Position numbers and translations under genes: made by a program. From a virus (lineage: Duplodnaviria; Caudoviricetes), in the IMG/VR virus record IMGVR_UViG_3300036399_000656, positions 1 to 62,091 of that record: 62,091 nucleotides of DNA; one strand, 5' to 3'. Below the pieces are notes generated by a model that had not been told where the DNA came from, ran no database searches, and saw only the letters and a program-made list of their open reading frames with translations. Of the stretch, positions 37,068-45,523 are shown in pieces (the stretch's first letter is position 1; every line of letters begins with the position of its first letter).

Positions 37068-40000
37068 ATGGCAGATACCCTTACACCAGAAGAAAAGAAG
37101 AGGTTAACTGAAGAGCTAACTAAGTATGCAAACGAAGGCGCAAGCGATGATGATTTGCGTCAATTCCGTAATGCATTTATTTCTGAATTAAAAAAAAAAG
37201 GGGGTGGGCAACCCGCTTCTGGTGCGCCTGCCGCGAAGCCTACAAAGCCTTCTGCGCCGAGCTTTGGGCAGAAAGTGGTAAGTGAGGTAACGCAACCTCA
37301 AATAAAAATACCCCTAAGAGGTAAACAAAAACCTCCGGTAGCCAAAAAGCCATATCAAGATATTTATTATAAACCAGAAGGATTACCGTCTGAAACAACA
37401 CAGATACCGGAAACTCCCGTAATCAAAGCTGCTAAACAAGATTTCAAACAAACTCAATTAAAGCCTCAGATTCAACCAGTCAAAACCGCTCAAGAGCTTG
37501 AAGAAATTGAGAAAAAAACTGAAAAGGCAGATAAAACAGGGTTAGTTCTTAATGAGTATCAAAGCAGTGCCGATGCATTAAACGAATTAAATCGCCTCAA
37601 GAAAGATAATGCAAATGAGTTCTATCGCAATATAAAGGACGCGAGGCCAGATTTGTATGAGAAGTATTCTGGCAGGACTATTCAAGAGGGTAGAAATATT
37701 GAGAGTGATATAAGCGAGTCTCAAAAAGATAGAGATATAGTTTATCAGAATTATTTATCAGACCTACAACGCACAGACGAATCTCATAGAAACACTCTGA
37801 GCAAAGTGGGTCCTATAGTTAATTCTGTTGTAGATAAAAAAGTGACCCCTGAAAACTACAAGAGACTTACCACTAGTCATACAACGGATATTGGTGGCGA
37901 TGTTGTAGATATGGGTAAAGTTGATGACGAGGCTACCGCAATTGCTGAAAAGTATAATTTACCTACAGATGGAGAGGCGTGGAGATTGTTAAAGAATAAA
38001 ATCAAGTCAAACACTGACTTTCAAATAATAAAGCCACAAGCAGAAGAGTTATTTAAACAGAATTATCCAGAGCTACACGCCAAAAGGCAGAAAATGTTTG
38101 AGGATGGGTTTAAGTACGATGATGAGATTTATTCAAAGGTTGAATCTGAATTGACTTCTTTGCAGAATCAATACGAGGCTGATGCTAAAAACGAATTAAA
38201 CGCCATTGATGCTGAATACAAATCAAAGAGTGAATTATTAAATCAGCAGTATAAAGATTTTACTTCTCAATCCGAAAAAGTTGGAGCCGAGTTAGATAAT
38301 CTGTATAAATCAGGACAAATCGATCGATTAGAGTACGAGAATCGTTGGGGCTTATTGCAAAAAGAGAAAAAAGATTACTACGATCTTTATGAAAAACAAT
38401 TTCCAAGTCTTGATGAATATGTAAAGAAGTCAAATGAAATAAACTCAAAGTACAATAGAAAATTTGAGTTGCAAAAAAAGGCTTTAACAGATAAAGCTCA
38501 AGCGCAAATTAAGGCTGAATTTGATAAGTACTCCACCAATTACAAAGAGGATCCAGCTGTATTAGAAGAGCTAAACAAAGCGTATAGAGACTCGTATGAA
38601 CTGGCATCAGACATCAGAACAAAGACAATGGGTCTTGGCGCTGAAATGTCAAGCGCACCAATGTCTAAACTTTACCAATCAACATTAAGTTCTTTGGGTG
38701 GCGTATTTAAAGGATGGGGTGGTTCATTGGATAGCAAAACACTTGAATTGCTTGGTGAATCAATGGAACAAAATTTCATGATGCCAGCGGCGAGAACTGA
38801 AGAATTTAAAGACTGGTTAGACCCTCAAAACTTACAACTACTTACCGGTCAGCTTTTGGGTTCCATGGCCCCATCAATGGCCATAACCGCCGCTGTCGCC
38901 ACAAGCACAGGTGGAACGGGTATTCCCGCAATCGTTCCAATGATTACTGGGGGCCTTGCTGGATGGGCATCTGAAACGGTTGATATCGTCGGTCGTTCTT
39001 ACTTAGACATGTTTGAAAAGAGTGGGGGAGATGTTGCAAAGTCAAACAAAGCTGCTGAAAGGTCTCTAAAGTCTCAATACGACTTGATGTGGGCCTACTC
39101 TTTCGATGCACTTCCATTCGTGGGCAAGGTCTTGGGGGGTATACCCACAAAGGTGGGTAGAGTGGCTGCTGGTGCTGGTATAGAGATGGGTACAGAATTC
39201 TTGCAGGAATACCCACAGAATATTGCTGAAGAAAACATTCAGAAAGGACTTGACCCCTGGACGAACTTGGGCCAGGCTCTTCGGGATACTAAGAAGATGA
39301 AGGAAACGCTCATCTCAATAGGCCCTGTAGCAATCCTTGGTGGCGCTGGGCAACTTGGTTCTAAGTCAGCAAAACAGGAGGCGGTTGATACCTATGTCGC
39401 TATGCAACAAAAGGCTGCCTTGTCTATGGCATTACCTGATCAGAAGCGTCAGTACATACAAAACATGGTGTTCGACCGTGGCGGTAAGTTTGCTAGAGGT
39501 GTTGTGGGGGCAATGTTTGCTGATGGAACCATTGATGAGGAGACGTCAAAGGACTTGCTTGTGCAAGTGGAGAATTCCGAGAAAATACAAGAGGCAGGAA
39601 AAGGTGCAGGACTCAAGGGTTCTAAACTCAACATCTATGGTTTTTATAGCGCAAGGGCTGAAGAAGCTGAAAGAAATGCAGCTAAATTTGGTAACGACCC
39701 AATCCTTTCCGAGTCATACAAGCAGCAAGCAAAGCAATATCGTGACGCCGGTCTTGACTTCATGAAGGGAAATAATCCCGACCTTCTTACAGTTACTTAC
39801 GCTGATGGCTCTCAAGCTATGATGACCCCGGAGGACGTAAACGGGTTATTCTCCAATCCAATTGCTCTTACCTTATTAAATAGAAAAAAGATTTCAGTTG
39901 AAGCATACAGAGAAGGTGGACAGGGCGGCAAAGCTCTTCAAGAATTAACTGAAAGAGCTGATGCATACAAGCAGAGTAAAAAATATGTTGCCCCAAATAA

Positions 40001-43000
40001 AACAGAGGATGAGGTAAATGCTTCCTTCGAAGCTCAGTCAGTACAAGAAAAGGAACAGAAAAAAGATACGCGAGACATTGAGATTGAACAAATCCAACAA
40101 CAACGAGAGGCCCTTGGGGTTAGCGAGGTTGATGCGTTCTTTAGCGATATGAAGCCATTAGTTGCCACAATGGTGGAAAGAATGGAGGCAGGGCAGGCAG
40201 CGCCGCAATCGGGTGTGAAAGCCGCGTCTGATTATTTGTACGCTAAGTACAAGGAATTAACTGCGATGAAAGCAGATCCTAACCGGATGATGACCATTGC
40301 TCAAATCGAGTCTATACAAGCTCAGATAGAACAGGATTTACAAACCTTGGCGGGGAATCCTCCGTCACAACAAACTCAAACGAATGATCAAGAAAACATC
40401 CAAGGGCTACCAAGTGAAGTCGGAGTCGGGCAAGAACCTATCGCAGCCCAACCTGTCCAAGTCACAAGCGAAGAAGCGCCTGCAACAGGTGGAGTTCTTC
40501 AAACACCGGGGGAAAAAGTAGTAGAGGTAAAGCTCGCTGAGTTACCTACAGTAACAGTAGAAGGTCAAGCGGTAGAAGTAACCCCAACCACAGAAGCCGC
40601 CGCAGAACAGGTTGGTACTCAACCTTCCATTGGTATAAATCAAAAGGCTGAAAGCGTAGAAACGTCTTCTATCCAAGAGAGGGCCAAAGCCACTAATGCA
40701 AAAATTAAACGTAAGGATATTTTTGATGGGGTAGGTGTTTTCTCCGAGAAGTTAGGTGGAAGCGATGTTGAGTCAGTACCCGTTGGGCATTCTGAAATAG
40801 GAAATGCGGAAATAGTTCAATACGCAAATCCTAAAACGGGAATTATTGATGTAATCGTTGCAGGGATTACAGAGAATGATTTTGTTGGTTTTTATAGAAT
40901 ATATGAAAATGGCAAACCCACAAATAGATGGAGTTCTAAATTCGAGACTCAAACTGCTAGTAAGGAAGATTTTAAAAGCATGATCTCAGGAGTGCAAAAC
41001 GCACTTCCCCAGGGACATGAATATACCGAAACCACAAGCATATCTACGGATGGTTTGAGGGTGTGGAATCAGCAGTTAAACAGAGGATATGAGCTTCAAT
41101 ACGATGAAAAAGGAAAGTTGGTAACAACTCCGGTATATATAAATGGCGATTCCAAAACAAATATTTTAGGCATACCTGTAAACAAAGGAGCGTTTGATGC
41201 AATTAGTGTAACCAATGCGGACACATTTAATAAGGTAAAAGAGGTGCTTCTTCCATTCCTTGAGAAGTTTGGATTGAATGAAACAAATATTAGGGCGGTA
41301 AATGGATCTGTTGAAATAGATTTACCCGTATTAAGACAAAAGGCAACTCCCCAAGTTACCCCCCAAGTTACACCCGAATCTGCCCCTGTTACAAAACCAT
41401 CCCTTGGTCAACGTCTACGGATAGCTGCTGAGGCCGCAGAGACAACGGTAACGGTTCAAGAGCCTTCTCCTGTAAAAGAGGAAAAGAAGGAAGGTGTTGC
41501 ACCTGCTCCAAAGACCGAAGAAAAGCCAACCCGCAAGACTCGACTGGCCAAGTTGTTTGAAACGTCTGAAGGTGAAGAGGCTGTTCCATTAATTGAGCAA
41601 TCTCTTTCTGAAAGCGGCATAAAGGTAGACGTAAAAGATGATGCCGATTACAATAATGACGATCGTATAAAGCGTAGTCAAGGCCGTGGTTCAGAAGGTA
41701 TGTTCGTGGCTGATGATGGAACGATTATCTTAAACCGAGACAAGATCAAGGGCGAGTGGGGTAAAACTATCGTATTCCACGAAGGTATTCACCCAGTGGT
41801 AAACATCATCCGCAACACTGATCCAAAACGATACAGAGCAATCGTAGACGGACTTAAGTCGGAGGCAGCAAGAAATAATGCAGTGGCTAAGGCTGCCGCC
41901 GACATTGCTGCCTCTGAAGAGTATCAAAGAAGAGGTCCTGAGAGTATTGAAGATGAAACGGTTGTTGAGACTATGGCTCGTGTAGCAACTGGAGACATTG
42001 ACATCAACACGTTCAAACCTTCGTTCCGCGAGAAGTTCATCGAATTCATGAACGATATAGCTAAGGTATTTGGATTGAGACCTATCCTTACAAATTCTCC
42101 ACGAGTTGAGGTGAAGCGTTTGGCTGAGCAGATCAACAAAATGTTGAATGAGGGCGGTAAGATTAGCGATGTTGTAGGGAAGAAGAATGTAGGTAAGTTC
42201 CAGAACACTATTAGTGACGGACAATATTCTATAGATGCTAGAATAGCAGACAAAGGAGTTCAAGTTCCTCGAAGCGAAAAATTGCCATTGAAAATTGTGG
42301 CAAGCAAAGAGGAAAGTGTTATGCGTAGGATAAATGAATTGTTAGACAAATATCCAAACGCATTAACTGATAAAGAGCAATGGAAAGAGTTGATGTCAAG
42401 AGTTTTCCCTATAACTGTTGATGGGGAAGTGTTTATACCAGCATTTCCAGAAGGACTCTCTAGAATGGCTGGAAGTGTGCAAGAGACTTTAAAAGAGATA
42501 AATAAAGTCAGCGATGAACAAAGAAAACTCGCTTCAGAAGGTTTGAAAGGAACCAAGGAAATTGGCGAGTTGTACAAGCAAGGAAAAATGGACGAGGTTG
42601 ATACCGGTCTTTATTTCTTGTGGAACATCATGTCAATAGGTATAAGTCCATATCCTCAAGAGTCTGGATTTCTTCAGGCTGTTAATGGCGGTGTAGACAA
42701 GTATATAAAACTTGCAGCTGCGGGTAAATTTAATGAAAGCACTCTTAAAGAATACTTGAATTGGGTAGACGGAGTGCTTCCTAAAGGAACTCCTGGAGCT
42801 GGATCAAAGTCTAACTTAAATTCATTTGGTAAAAGTTTCTTATCAAAGGCGGCACAAGAAATTGAAAGTGGAGAATTTGAAGGGAAAACAAAACTGCAAG
42901 CTCTTCATGAAATTCTTTCTGATAGAAAAACACCAACCAACGAACTTAGAAGAAAATGGCAAGCAAACATGTCTGCCATGCAATTCAATAATAAGATTTT

Positions 43001-45020
43001 TGACTTTATCTTGCTTACTACTGGTCGTAGTGATTTGTTTGTTACAGACAGAGTTAGGGTAGATCACTTCTGGGACGGAAATAACTTTAAGAAGAAGCGT
43101 GGTTTAAAGGAGTCAACCTCTTTGTATGATGGAAGCGACTTGGCGTATGGTGCAGCAACAGGTGCTGGATTTAGTAAGATACTATCAGATGTGCCTGGAT
43201 TAGTGTTTAATGAATTGGCGAACAGAACTATGACGCCCATAGTTGAAAAGGCTTACAAACAGATAGGAGTAAAAGATTATCCTGAGGTAGGCAGATTTCA
43301 CTGGGAAACATGGGTAGCTGCTAGTTCTCAGGAAGTTTCTCACGGATCTATTGATGCTATTGTACAAAGAAAAGAGAAAGGAGAGATACAAGACGCCGGC
43401 ATTCGTCAAGGTAAATATGGCGCATGGGATTTTAATTTTGCGTACAAGAAAAGAGCGGGGAAAGATTTCGTTTATGAATTTGTAGACAATGACGGCAACA
43501 CTTATGTGTTTGATAAGATTAATGATATTCAAGACGAGATAGAGAAACAAAAGAAAAAAACATACGAAACAAATAATAGATTTTTATTACCAGATGCAAA
43601 AGGAAACATATCAAGGCCAACAAAAGGCTTATCGACCGCTTGGTACGACACAGAACTCGTCGATGCAGAAAAATATTTCGAATTCCTCAGAAGCAAAGCA
43701 AAGGAAATCATTCCAGCACCTGATGTCGTTGAAGATCAAGGCGTCGTAATTGAAAAGCCGAAATCTGAAAAGATTTCTAAGGAAAAGAAACCAACTGGCC
43801 AACCATCCCAAGGCATCCCAAGAACACCTAAAGAATTCGCAGGTAATGTAGGAGAGACGATCGACCGTATCAAGGCCGCAACATCGGAGGACGGAGCAAC
43901 GCTCAACCTCGATGGTACAACCTACGAAGACGGAGGTCTTGTGGTTCCTGCCGGTTCATTGAACGTGGCCCAGGACGAGGTTACTGCCGAGGGCTTGTTT
44001 GAGTTCTTAAAGGATAACGAGGAGAACATTTCTAGCGACATATTCAAGATCGGACTTTACAAGTTTCCAGACCGTCCAGAGGTTTCTTACGACTTGAACA
44101 TCGTGATTCCAAGGGAGTACCGTGATGTGGCCTTGAAGTTTGGTGAATTGTCTGGACAGGAATCACTGTTCGACCTTGATACGTTTGAGAACATCAAGAC
44201 CGGATCAGACGGTAAGAATCCACGCAAATTCACGGCCCAAGAGCTTGCTGAGATTGCCAAGGATTTGTCTGAGGGTAGACTTCCAAAGATTGTTTCAAAA
44301 GAAGAGATTGATAGAAAGTGGGGAGAGAAAAAAATGATCGCTTTAACTAAGCGAGAGGATCTTGGAACAAAGACTGACAGAGAGATTGCTGCCTATGCTT
44401 CTAAATTCCTGAATAAATTCGGACCATATACCAAGGCCAATGTTGTTCAGATTATGAATATGTCTGCTGAAGAGAAAATCAAACTCATCAATGACACATT
44501 TGAGGCTAGGGTCAAAAAAATGAATCCAGCCTTTAGAGAGCCTGGAAATGATTTTTATGATCAATCAGTTAAGCGTAGGGATGAGGTATTAGCTCTGGTT
44601 ACAAAGCCAACCGGCCAGCCATCAATGATGAAGCGTACTCCAGCCCAAATCAGACAGGCTGTAGAAGATGGGGTAGACGCAGTTGAAGCAGCGATTGCTG
44701 AGGGCGTGGATCCACAGCAGGCCGTTGACGAGAACATCTCAAACCAGGAATGGTACGGTGATTTGAGTGCTGCCCAGAAAGAACAGCTCAATGAAATCCT
44801 TCAAGACGAGTTCGGGGCTACGGCGAGTGAACCTAAACTACAGAACAACGCCCAGCGTGTAGCTGATCTTTGGGAAAAGGGTGGAAAAGAAGCCAAGGCA
44901 GAGATCAAGAACATTTTGGAGACTGACCCTGAACTTTCGTACATTTACAACAATTTCCCGAAGATAACTAAGCAGTTACAGGAACAGGGATTGTTGACTA
45001 AAACAGAGAATTGTCCATGA
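37068..45020 (+). CDS. Giant polyvalent ejection protein (2650 aa)
   Basis: Gly/Ala membrane-insertion segments, GNAT-like module, HEGIH zincin motif, HhH-glycosylase-like module, module shared with early gene 746-1222. Confidence 0.8.
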   Translation: MADTLTPEEKKRLTEELTKYANEGASDDDLRQFRNAFISELKKKGGGQPASGAPAAKPTKPSAPSFGQKVVSEVTQPQIKIPLRGKQKPPVAKKPYQDIYYKPEGLPSETTQIPETPVIKAAKQDFKQTQLKPQIQPVKTAQELEEIEKKTEKADKTGLVLNEYQSSADALNELNRLKKDNANEFYRNIKDARPDLYEKYSGRTIQEGRNIESDISESQKDRDIVYQNYLSDLQRTDESHRNTLSKVGPIVNSVVDKKVTPENYKRLTTSHTTDIGGDVVDMGKVDDEATAIAEKYNLPTDGEAWRLLKNKIKSNTDFQIIKPQAEELFKQNYPELHAKRQKMFEDGFKYDDEIYSKVESELTSLQNQYEADAKNELNAIDAEYKSKSELLNQQYKDFTSQSEKVGAELDNLYKSGQIDRLEYENRWGLLQKEKKDYYDLYEKQFPSLDEYVKKSNEINSKYNRKFELQKKALTDKAQAQIKAEFDKYSTNYKEDPAVLEELNKAYRDSYELASDIRTKTMGLGAEMSSAPMSKLYQSTLSSLGGVFKGWGGSLDSKTLELLGESMEQNFMMPAARTEEFKDWLDPQNLQLLTGQLLGSMAPSMAITAAVATSTGGTGIPAIVPMITGGLAGWASETVDIVGRSYLDMFEKSGGDVAKSNKAAERSLKSQYDLMWAYSFDALPFVGKVLGGIPTKVGRVAAGAGIEMGTEFLQEYPQNIAEENIQKGLDPWTNLGQALRDTKKMKETLISIGPVAILGGAGQLGSKSAKQEAVDTYVAMQQKAALSMALPDQKRQYIQNMVFDRGGKFARGVVGAMFADGTIDEETSKDLLVQVENSEKIQEAGKGAGLKGSKLNIYGFYSARAEEAERNAAKFGNDPILSESYKQQAKQYRDAGLDFMKGNNPDLLTVTYADGSQAMMTPEDVNGLFSNPIALTLLNRKKISVEAYREGGQGGKALQELTERADAYKQSKKYVAPNKTEDEVNASFEAQSVQEKEQKKDTRDIEIEQIQQQREALGVSEVDAFFSDMKPLVATMVERMEAGQAAPQSGVKAASDYLYAKYKELTAMKADPNRMMTIAQIESIQAQIEQDLQTLAGNPPSQQTQTNDQENIQGLPSEVGVGQEPIAAQPVQVTSEEAPATGGVLQTPGEKVVEVKLAELPTVTVEGQAVEVTPTTEAAAEQVGTQPSIGINQKAESVETSSIQERAKATNAKIKRKDIFDGVGVFSEKLGGSDVESVPVGHSEIGNAEIVQYANPKTGIIDVIVAGITENDFVGFYRIYENGKPTNRWSSKFETQTASKEDFKSMISGVQNALPQGHEYTETTSISTDGLRVWNQQLNRGYELQYDEKGKLVTTPVYINGDSKTNILGIPVNKGAFDAISVTNADTFNKVKEVLLPFLEKFGLNETNIRAVNGSVEIDLPVLRQKATPQVTPQVTPESAPVTKPSLGQRLRIAAEAAETTVTVQEPSPVKEEKKEGVAPAPKTEEKPTRKTRLAKLFETSEGEEAVPLIEQSLSESGIKVDVKDDADYNNDDRIKRSQGRGSEGMFVADDGTIILNRDKIKGEWGKTIVFHEGIHPVVNIIRNTDPKRYRAIVDGLKSEAARNNAVAKAAADIAASEEYQRRGPESIEDETVVETMARVATGDIDINTFKPSFREKFIEFMNDIAKVFGLRPILTNSPRVEVKRLAEQINKMLNEGGKISDVVGKKNVGKFQNTISDGQYSIDARIADKGVQVPRSEKLPLKIVASKEESVMRRINELLDKYPNALTDKEQWKELMSRVFPITVDGEVFIPAFPEGLSRMAGSVQETLKEINKVSDEQRKLASEGLKGTKEIGELYKQGKMDEVDTGLYFLWNIMSIGISPYPQESGFLQAVNGGVDKYIKLAAAGKFNESTLKEYLNWVDGVLPKGTPGAGSKSNLNSFGKSFLSKAAQEIESGEFEGKTKLQALHEILSDRKTPTNELRRKWQANMSAMQFNNKIFDFILLTTGRSDLFVTDRVRVDHFWDGNNFKKKRGLKESTSLYDGSDLAYGAATGAGFSKILSDVPGLVFNELANRTMTPIVEKAYKQIGVKDYPEVGRFHWETWVAASSQEVSHGSIDAIVQRKEKGEIQDAGIRQGKYGAWDFNFAYKKRAGKDFVYEFVDNDGNTYVFDKINDIQDEIEKQKKKTYETNNRFLLPDAKGNISRPTKGLSTAWYDTELVDAEKYFEFLRSKAKEIIPAPDVVEDQGVVIEKPKSEKISKEKKPTGQPSQGIPRTPKEFAGNVGETIDRIKAATSEDGATLNLDGTTYEDGGLVVPAGSLNVAQDEVTAEGLFEFLKDNEENISSDIFKIGLYKFPDRPEVSYDLNIVIPREYRDVALKFGELSGQESLFDLDTFENIKTGSDGKNPRKFTAQELAEIAKDLSEGRLPKIVSKEEIDRKWGEKKMIALTKREDLGTKTDREIAAYASKFLNKFGPYTKANVVQIMNMSAEEKIKLINDTFEARVKKMNPAFREPGNDFYDQSVKRRDEVLALVTKPTGQPSMMKRTPAQIRQAVEDGVDAVEAAIAEGVDPQQAVDENISNQEWYGDLSAAQKEQLNEILQDEFGATASEPKLQNNAQRVADLWEKGGKEAKAEIKNILETDPELSYIYNNFPKITKQLQEQGLLTKTENCP
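40384..40521 (+). CDS. Nested small basic protein (45 aa) in +1 frame of the giant
   Basis: MIKKTSKGYQVKSESGKNLSQPNLSKSQAKKRLQQVEFFKHRGKK; leader ACAACAAACTCAAACGA-ATG. Confidence 0.7.
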   Translation: MIKKTSKGYQVKSESGKNLSQPNLSKSQAKKRLQQVEFFKHRGKK

Positions 45021-45523
45021 TGACACCTAATAAACTCGATAAGAAAGCCGTTGACCTACTCATCCCGCGAATGAAGGATGAGTACAACGCATTTTACTTT
45101 TACCGTGCCGCCAGCAACTGGTGTCAGGGGGTTGGCTTTTTCCAAGCGGCCAAGTTCTTTGCTGCCGAGTCGCAGGATGAGCTTGAACACGCAAAGAAGA
45201 TTGAGGACTACATCACCGACTGGAATGTGATTCCGGAACTGCCAACGGTGGCTCGCCCACAACTAGATTTCTCTAGTATTGTGGAGGTTTTGGAAGAGGC
45301 TTATAAGATCGAGTACGATTTGTACGAGGCTTACGAGGAGACGTCGAAGAAACTTTTCGAGATCGACCTGTGCGTGTTTGACTTTCTCCAACCACTGCGG
45401 TTGATACAGAACAAGTCTGTTGCTGAGTACAGCGACAAACTTAACCTGCTCGAAGGGGTAGAGGGTACTGATAAATTCAAAGCACTGTTGTTGGAAGAAA
45501 AGTTATTCCCCGTAAATGGCTAA
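45017..45523 (+). CDS. Non-heme ferritin-like protein (FtnA-like)
   Basis: E..A...Y...., AAKFF..ES.DELEHAKK, EEAYKIE, FDFL....IQ; ATG 45017 overlaps the stop of the giant. Confidence 0.88.
   Translation: MMTPNKLDKKAVDLLIPRMKDEYNAFYFYRAASNWCQGVGFFQAAKFFAAESQDELEHAKKIEDYITDWNVIPELPTVARPQLDFSSIVEVLEEAYKIEYDLYEAYEETSKKLFEIDLCVFDFLQPLRLIQNKSVAEYSDKLNLLEGVEGTDKFKALLLEEKLFPVNG

Noticed and set aside
39337-39765. 142-aa alternative-frame ORF in the giant, and similar shadow ORFs such as 57913..58587 and 59925..60485
   Set aside because: No A-rich start context or recognisable motif; explained by codon bias of the real gene
41349-41371. CCCCAAGTTAC duplication (TPQVTPQV)
   Set aside because: Only two copies in a disordered linker
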